Assembly (NCBI GenBank): GCA_034003725.1
Contig: JAVEYB010000010.1
Coordinates: 44,654 to 108,653, forward strand
Direction of reading: 5' to 3'
Length of the DNA: 64,000 nucleotides
Source: Candidatus Zixiibacteriota bacterium
GTDB lineage: Bacteria > Zixibacteria > MSB-5A5 > GN15 > FEB-12
Below are positions 58,253 through 64,000 of this stretch, piece by piece (position 1 is the first letter of the stretch; each line of letters starts with the position of its first letter). A program made the position numbers and the translations under genes. The notes under the pieces were generated by a model. The model had not been told where the DNA came from. It saw only the letters and a list, made by a program, of their open reading frames with translations, and ran no database searches.

Positions 58253-59291
58253 TCTCAATTCCAAAGTGGTTGGTGATCAGCTCATCCCTGAGCCGCACGG
58301 TGATGTCCTGCTGGGCCATGCGATGGGCGCCGGCGACGGCGTTGCGGATCGCTTTGGCGCTGGAGGAGCCGTGACAGATCACGATAACGCCGTTGACGCC
58401 GAGAAGCGGCGCGCCTCCCCACTGTGCGTAATCGAAGGTGTTTTTCATGCGCCGCATGAATGGCAGCATCATCATCACGCCGAATCTCGAGAAGATGTTG
58501 GTCTGAATCTGGCGCTTGATGGCAGTCGCCAGCATCGGCTGGATCGACTCCGCGAATTTCAAAAGGATATTCCCGGTGAAGCCGTCGGTGACGGCGACAT
58601 CAACCACGCCCGACAATATGTCGCGGCCCTCGATGTTGCCGACGAAATTGATTTGCGAGTCTTTCAGCAGCTCGCGTGCCGAGAAGATCAGTTCGTTGCC
58701 TTTGCTCCGCTCTTCACCGATCGAAATCAGCCCGACTCTCGGCGCCTGCACGCGGAAACTGACCTGCGCGTAGACCGAGCCCATCACCGCGAACTGGGAC
58801 AAGTGCTGCGGCTTGCAGTCGGCGTTGGCTCCGACGTCGAGAACTATACACGGTTTGCCGGTGCTGGTGGGAAAGGTGGACGTAATGGCGGGGCGACTGA
58901 CGCCGGGAATGCGGCCGAGGGTCAGCAGCGACGTGGCCATGACGGCGCCGGTGTTTCCCGGCGACACAAACGCGTGCGCTTTCCCCTGTTTCACCTGACG
59001 GATGCCCACGGCGATGGAACTCTGGCGCAGGCGTACGCCTTCGGTGGCGGCCATGTCCATCGGGACCTCCTGCTCGGCGTGGCGGACGCTGACGTTGGCG
59101 GGCACGGCGTCCTGCGTGTCGAGCACTTTCTGGATGGCGTCTTCGTCGCCGACCAATTCGACCACAAGGCTGTCGCCGATCATCCGCGCAGCCTCGAGCC
59201 CGCCCAGAATGATAGACTCAGGGCCGCGGTCGGCGCCCATGACATCGAGCACGATCGTGTAGGTTTGCGCAGCCGTCACCGTGGGGTGCAT
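58179..59291 (-). CDS. plsX: Phosphate:acyl-ACP acyltransferase
   Basis: IVLDVMGADRGP..., SPGNTGAVMA, LLGVNGVIVICHGSS. The C-terminal tail overlaps the fabH 5' end. Confidence 0.93.
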   Translation of the reverse strand: MHPTVTAAQTYTIVLDVMGADRGPESIILGGLEAARMIGDSLVVELVGDEDAIQKVLDTQDAVPANVSVRHAEQEVPMDMAATEGVRLRQSSIAVGIRQVKQGKAHAFVSPGNTGAVMATSLLTLGRIPGVSRPAITSTFPTSTGKPCIVLDVGANADCKPQHLSQFAVMGSVYAQVSFRVQAPRVGLISIGEERSKGNELIFSARELLKDSQINFVGNIEGRDILSGVVDVAVTDGFTGNILLKFAESIQPMLATAIKRQIQTNIFSRFGVMMMLPFMRRMKNTFDYAQWGGAPLLGVNGVIVICHGSSSAKAIRNAVAGAHRMAQQDITVRLRDELITNHFGIENGSKGKGEDIGNGVIYTSAPDDQR

Positions 59292-59312
59292 CCTTTGCTA
59301 TACCGGAAGGGG

Positions 59313-59492
59313 TTACGCTTCGGTCACGTGCAGCAGCTTGCGTCCTTTGTATTCGCCGCAGTGCGGGCACACGTGGTGCGACAGTTTCGCCTCTCCGCAG
59401 TTGCACGTGACAACCCGGGGCGCCGTTATCTTCCAGTGGGTGCGGCGCTTCCGGCCTCGGGTAACGGAGTGTCTCCGTTTAGGCAGTGGCAT
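59313..59492 (-). CDS. rpmF: 50S ribosomal protein L32
   Basis: My own translation gives MPLPKRRHSVTRGRKRRTHWKITAPRVVTCNCGEAKLSHHVCPHCGEYKGRKLLHVTEA (59 aa, below the ORF-track size cut-off). It has a CxxC...CxxC zinc ribbon and the canonical position between yceD and plsX. Confidence 0.93.
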   Translation of the reverse strand: MPLPKRRHSVTRGRKRRTHWKITAPRVVTCNCGEAKLSHHVCPHCGEYKGRKLLHVTEA

Positions 59493-60032
59493 CTATTCGT
59501 TTCCTTTCTCGGGCGCGCGTTTGAGCAGGACCTTCAGGCCCTCCCATCGCGGATCTATCGATTTCGTCTCGCATTCACACGGTTTCTCGTTCAGGTTGGC
59601 GCCGCATCGGCTGCACATTCCTTTACACTCGTCGCGGCACAGCGGTTTCATCGGCAATTCCAAAAGGAGCGCTTCACGCACAAGATCGGTTATGTCGACG
59701 CGCATTTCGCCGGCGATAAACGTGACGTACTCCTCGTCATCAACCGCTTCGGCACGATACTGTTCCCGGAGCTGTTCGGTGGTGGCGATAAAGCCGGCGT
59801 GTCCCTCGACGTCGTATTCGAACGCGACCAGGCAGCGGGCGCATTCTAACCGCAACGCAGCTGTCACCGTCCCCTGACAAAAAAACTCGTCACCCGACTT
59901 TTGTATCGTCAGCGACACCGTGACCGGGCCGACCGACTTCACATCCTCGCGAACCGGCGCAATTTCGCCGTCGCGGGACAGCAGGGTGACATGGGCAGGG
60001 AACTCGTCCAAATCCCGCAGTTCCAGTATCAC
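59493..60032 (-). CDS. yceD: YceD/DUF177-family protein (23S rRNA accumulation protein)
   Basis: C-terminal Cys cluster LCRDECKGMCSRCGANLNEKPCEC. It lies immediately upstream of rpmF, with its stop abutting the rpmF ATG. Confidence 0.85.
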   Translation of the reverse strand: MILELRDLDEFPAHVTLLSRDGEIAPVREDVKSVGPVTVSLTIQKSGDEFFCQGTVTAALRLECARCLVAFEYDVEGHAGFIATTEQLREQYRAEAVDDEEYVTFIAGEMRVDITDLVREALLLELPMKPLCRDECKGMCSRCGANLNEKPCECETKSIDPRWEGLKVLLKRAPEKGNE

Positions 60033-60190
60033 AGCCTCGAAAAGTAGGCATATGCGCCCGTGAAGTCAAGCGGAATCCTGAGCGTAATCACAATGAACCG
60101 CAAGGGGTTAGCGCAATTTCCCGATAGAACGGAGAGCTTTTCGGTCTATCCTCTTCAATTAGACCACGGACAGGCCGACGGAGCGCAAGC

Positions 60191-60214
60191 AAAAACGGCC
60201 GGTTTGCACCGGCC
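60191..60214 (-). terminator. Rho-independent terminator of the atp operon
   Basis: ggccggt-ttgc-accggcc, with a minus-strand T-run (plus-strand aaaaa at 60191..60195). It lies 30 nt after the atpC stop. Confidence 0.8.
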
Positions 60215-60243
60215 ATTTGCATACAGGCCCACGCCCCAAACAG

Positions 60244-60663
60244 TTAGGAGTGAGTATCGCGGTAGATTTTGAGGCGGTTGCGGGCCCGCTCGATCGCTTC
60301 GCGCGCTTCCTGCTCCCCCGCGCCGTTGGGTGACTCGCCGGCGTTGATCATCTCAAGCCGCTTTTTGGCGCGCTCGAAGGCCTGCTGGGCGCGGGTGACA
60401 TCGATCTCCTCGGACGCTTCGACGGTATCGGCGAGCAGTGTCGCCTTGTTATCGAACACCTCGAGGAATCCGCCGGACACGGCCAGGATGTGGACCGCGT
60501 TCTTCTCATCGCGAAACTCGATCCGCCCGTTGCGCAGCGACGTAATCAGTGGCGCGTGGTTCGAAAGGACGCCGAGATAACCCTCGGTGCCGGGAACGAC
60601 CAGCGACGACACCTTGCCGTCATAGTAAACCCGCTCGGGTGTGACAATCGATAGTGTAAACAT
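60244..60663 (-). CDS. atpC: F1 ATP synthase epsilon subunit
   Basis: MFTLSIVTPERVYYDGKVSSLVVPGTEGYLGVLSNHAPLIT... Confidence 0.94.
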   Translation of the reverse strand: MFTLSIVTPERVYYDGKVSSLVVPGTEGYLGVLSNHAPLITSLRNGRIEFRDEKNAVHILAVSGGFLEVFDNKATLLADTVEASEEIDVTRAQQAFERAKKRLEMINAGESPNGAGEQEAREAIERARNRLKIYRDTHS

Positions 60664-60669
60664 GGTCGT

Positions 60670-62112
<1,443 letters not shown>

Positions 62113-62115
62113 CTA

Positions 62116-62988
62116 TCAGCCCTTGAGCGCATCGGCGCCCGACACAACCTCGAGCAATTCCTTGGTGATCTGCGCCTGGCGGGCCTTGTTCATTTCCAAC
62201 GTCAGGGTATCAATCATGTCACCGGCCGCCTTCGTCGCGGCGTTCATGGCCAGCATGCGACTGGCCTGTTCCGACGCGAACGACTCGGTGAGCACGGTTA
62301 TCAGCTTGGTTGTTGCGTAATACGGCAGCAGCTGCGCGTAAATCTCCTGGGGTCCGGGTTCGAAAATGTAATCTCGTTCCCGTTCGTGCTCCTGGTGGGC
62401 GCCCACCGGGTGGCGCGGAATCGGCAGGAAGGTTTCGCGCGTGACGCGGAACGATCCCATTGATACGAAGGTCGTATAAATCAAATCGATGCGGTCGGTT
62501 TCGCCGTCTATGAAGCGCTGCGACAGGCGCGCGACCGCCTCGCGGGCGCGACCGTAATCCATCTCCCCTTCCCAGCCGAGCTGGTGATCGAGCACCGTCA
62601 CGCCGCGCCGCCGGTAGTAGTCCCAGCCTTTTTTGCCGAACAGCATAAACTCGAATGCGGTGTCGGCGTGTTCGTTGCGCCAGGTATCGGACTCGCGCAT
62701 CAGGTTGGCGTTGAACGAACCGCACAGACCGCGATCGGCCGTCACCAGGACCAGGGTGGAATGCTTGACGGGGCGCTGCTCGAAGAACGGATGCTGGATC
62801 TCGTCCGTGGAGGCGGACGCAAGGTGGCTGAGCATCTCGTCGAGCTTGGCGGCATACGGCTTGGCCTGCTCGACACGCTGCTGCGCCTTGCGCAGCTTGG
62901 CGGCCGCGACCATCTCCATCGCCCGCGTAATGCGGCGGGTCGACCTGACGCCCCTGATCCGATTGCGTACTTCGCGAGTTGTTGCCAT
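62116..62988 (-). CDS. atpG: F1 ATP synthase gamma subunit
   Basis: MATTREVRNRIRGVRSTRRITRAMEMVAAAKLRKAQ...ITKELLEVVSGADAL. Confidence 0.96.
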   Translation of the reverse strand: MATTREVRNRIRGVRSTRRITRAMEMVAAAKLRKAQQRVEQAKPYAAKLDEMLSHLASASTDEIQHPFFEQRPVKHSTLVLVTADRGLCGSFNANLMRESDTWRNEHADTAFEFMLFGKKGWDYYRRRGVTVLDHQLGWEGEMDYGRAREAVARLSQRFIDGETDRIDLIYTTFVSMGSFRVTRETFLPIPRHPVGAHQEHERERDYIFEPGPQEIYAQLLPYYATTKLITVLTESFASEQASRMLAMNAATKAAGDMIDTLTLEMNKARQAQITKELLEVVSGADALKG

Positions 62989-63102
62989 TGGTGACGGCTA
63001 ATCCTTCCTGCTTATCTTCGCCGCGTGCGGCCGGTCTAACGACCGCACGCGGTATCATTGTCAAATCTCAAACACACCGCATGTGAAGCGGCGTCGGTCA
63101 GC

Positions 63103-63762
63103 CTAGATGCCGAATCCTACCAGTACCACGATGCTGCCGTTCTTGACGTCGGGTGTGGAGCCATCGTCGTTTACCAGGTCGCCTTCACCCGGGTCGTCGA
63201 CATCGTCAAAGAGCTTGGTGAGACCAAGCGTGTACCGAACATCGATCGTCAGTTTGTTGGCTTCGCCGACCTTGAAAGCCGCACCGCCGCCGACCGTGAC
63301 GCCGAGATCCATCGACTTCGCGTTGTCAATGTCGATAGATTCGGATTCGCCCTCGTACTCACCCGTAACCTTGGCGGTCACGTTCATACCGATAGCGGGA
63401 CCCGCGAAGAACTCTGGCGTCACACTGCCGGTCTCGGTGGGGATCTTTACGACCAGTAGGAGAGGTACTTCGATATAGTCGAGTTTGAACGTCATGTCGA
63501 CGCCCGACAGGTCTTCCTTGGCGCCTTTCTGGATGTACATCGCTTCCGGACGGAAGGCGACGGTCGGCGCGATCGGGAACTCAAGGTAGCCTCCCAGTGC
63601 GAAGCCGGTGCGTGAGTCCAATCCATCCGCGTCGTCACCCGTGATCTTTGAAATAGCAAGACCGGCCTTGCCGCCGAAACCGATCTTACCGGCGGCGAAA
63701 GTCGGTGCGGCAAGTGGAAGCACTATCGCTGCCACAACGAAAAAGCACATTACACGTTTCAT
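63103..63762 (-). CDS. Outer-membrane beta-barrel protein (porin-family / PorT-like OMP_b-brl_2)
   Basis: Signal peptide MKRVMCFFVVAAIVLPLAAPTFA. Alternating beta-strand pattern with the PorT-like block FRPEAMYIQKGAK...FKLDYIEVPLLLVVK. Confidence 0.75.
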   Translation of the reverse strand: MKRVMCFFVVAAIVLPLAAPTFAAGKIGFGGKAGLAISKITGDDADGLDSRTGFALGGYLEFPIAPTVAFRPEAMYIQKGAKEDLSGVDMTFKLDYIEVPLLLVVKIPTETGSVTPEFFAGPAIGMNVTAKVTGEYEGESESIDIDNAKSMDLGVTVGGGAAFKVGEANKLTIDVRYTLGLTKLFDDVDDPGEGDLVNDDGSTPDVKNGSIVVLVGFGI

Positions 63763-63793
63763 TACATCCTCCCGATCCCGTCCTTGGGGATCT

Positions 63794-64000
63794 CTACTTG
63801 CCTGCGAACTGAGCCTTGAATTGCTCCACGGCCGTTTTCAGTTTCGCGTTCAACTCATCCGAAATCTTCTTTTCGCTCGCGAGCGAATGTTCGATATCCG
63901 GATACTTCTGGTCGCAGAATTTGAAGAACTCTTCCTGGAACGTGCCGATTTTCTCGGTGTCGATGTCGTCGAAATAGCCCTTGCCGCCGACCCAGATGAT
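63794..64000 (-). CDS. atpA: F1 ATP synthase alpha subunit (C-terminal 68 codons only; 5' part beyond the window end)
   Basis: My own translation gives IIWVGGKGYFDDIDTEKIGTFQEEFFKFCDQKYPDIEHSLASEKKISDELNAKLKTAVEQFKAQFAGK*. This is a typical alpha-subunit C-terminal helical domain. It sits upstream of atpG. Confidence 0.8.
   Translation of the reverse strand: MIWVGGKGYFDDIDTEKIGTFQEEFFKFCDQKYPDIEHSLASEKKISDELNAKLKTAVEQFKAQFAGK

Overview
High-GC bacterial chromosomal segment. GC was judged by eye, not computed. Long antisense shadow ORFs are common, as expected at this GC. Most of the window is recognisable housekeeping DNA, largely on the minus strand. It includes groES-groEL with a perfect CIRCE operator, coaX, dnaE and an hbd/crotonase/acyl-CoA dehydrogenase set. 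It also includes glmS plus a phosphohexomutase, a heterodimeric ABC exporter pair and orphan etfB. Further along are the rnc-fabF-acpP-fabG-fabD-fabH-plsX-rpmF-yceD cluster and atpA/G/D/C. Envelope and secreted functions include an MCP, a tricorn-like protease, two tandem membrane-TPR paralogues, an M1 peptidase with a beta-barrel-like tail, and a MacA/FtsX efflux set. The gene content and the PorT-like OMP suggest an uncultured Gram-negative lineage, possibly FCB-group-like; this is low confidence.

Two visibly more AT-rich accessory patches stand out.
(1) About 26.8-28.4 kb holds a short stand-alone SIR2_2-like (NADase-type) gene behind a DinB-like gene. This is my best candidate for an undescribed defence-type module.
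(2) About 18.2-21.2 kb holds an internally duplicated hypothetical protein, then a tightly coupled trio. The trio is a polymorphic-toxin-like (type-44-like) orphan module, a lipoprotein, and a decayed PQQ-propeller gene.

Intergenic DNA is rich in a mosaic family of REP-like palindromes. It also contains a 38-39 bp minisatellite, a 148-bp-period tandem duplication, and a three-copy ~60-80 bp element. Two copies of that element form an inverted pair inside a ~1 kb gene-free region.

Many ORF-track starts are over-extended; I give my preferred starts where an RBS or conserved N-terminus supports them. No rRNA, tRNA or CRISPR array was recognised.
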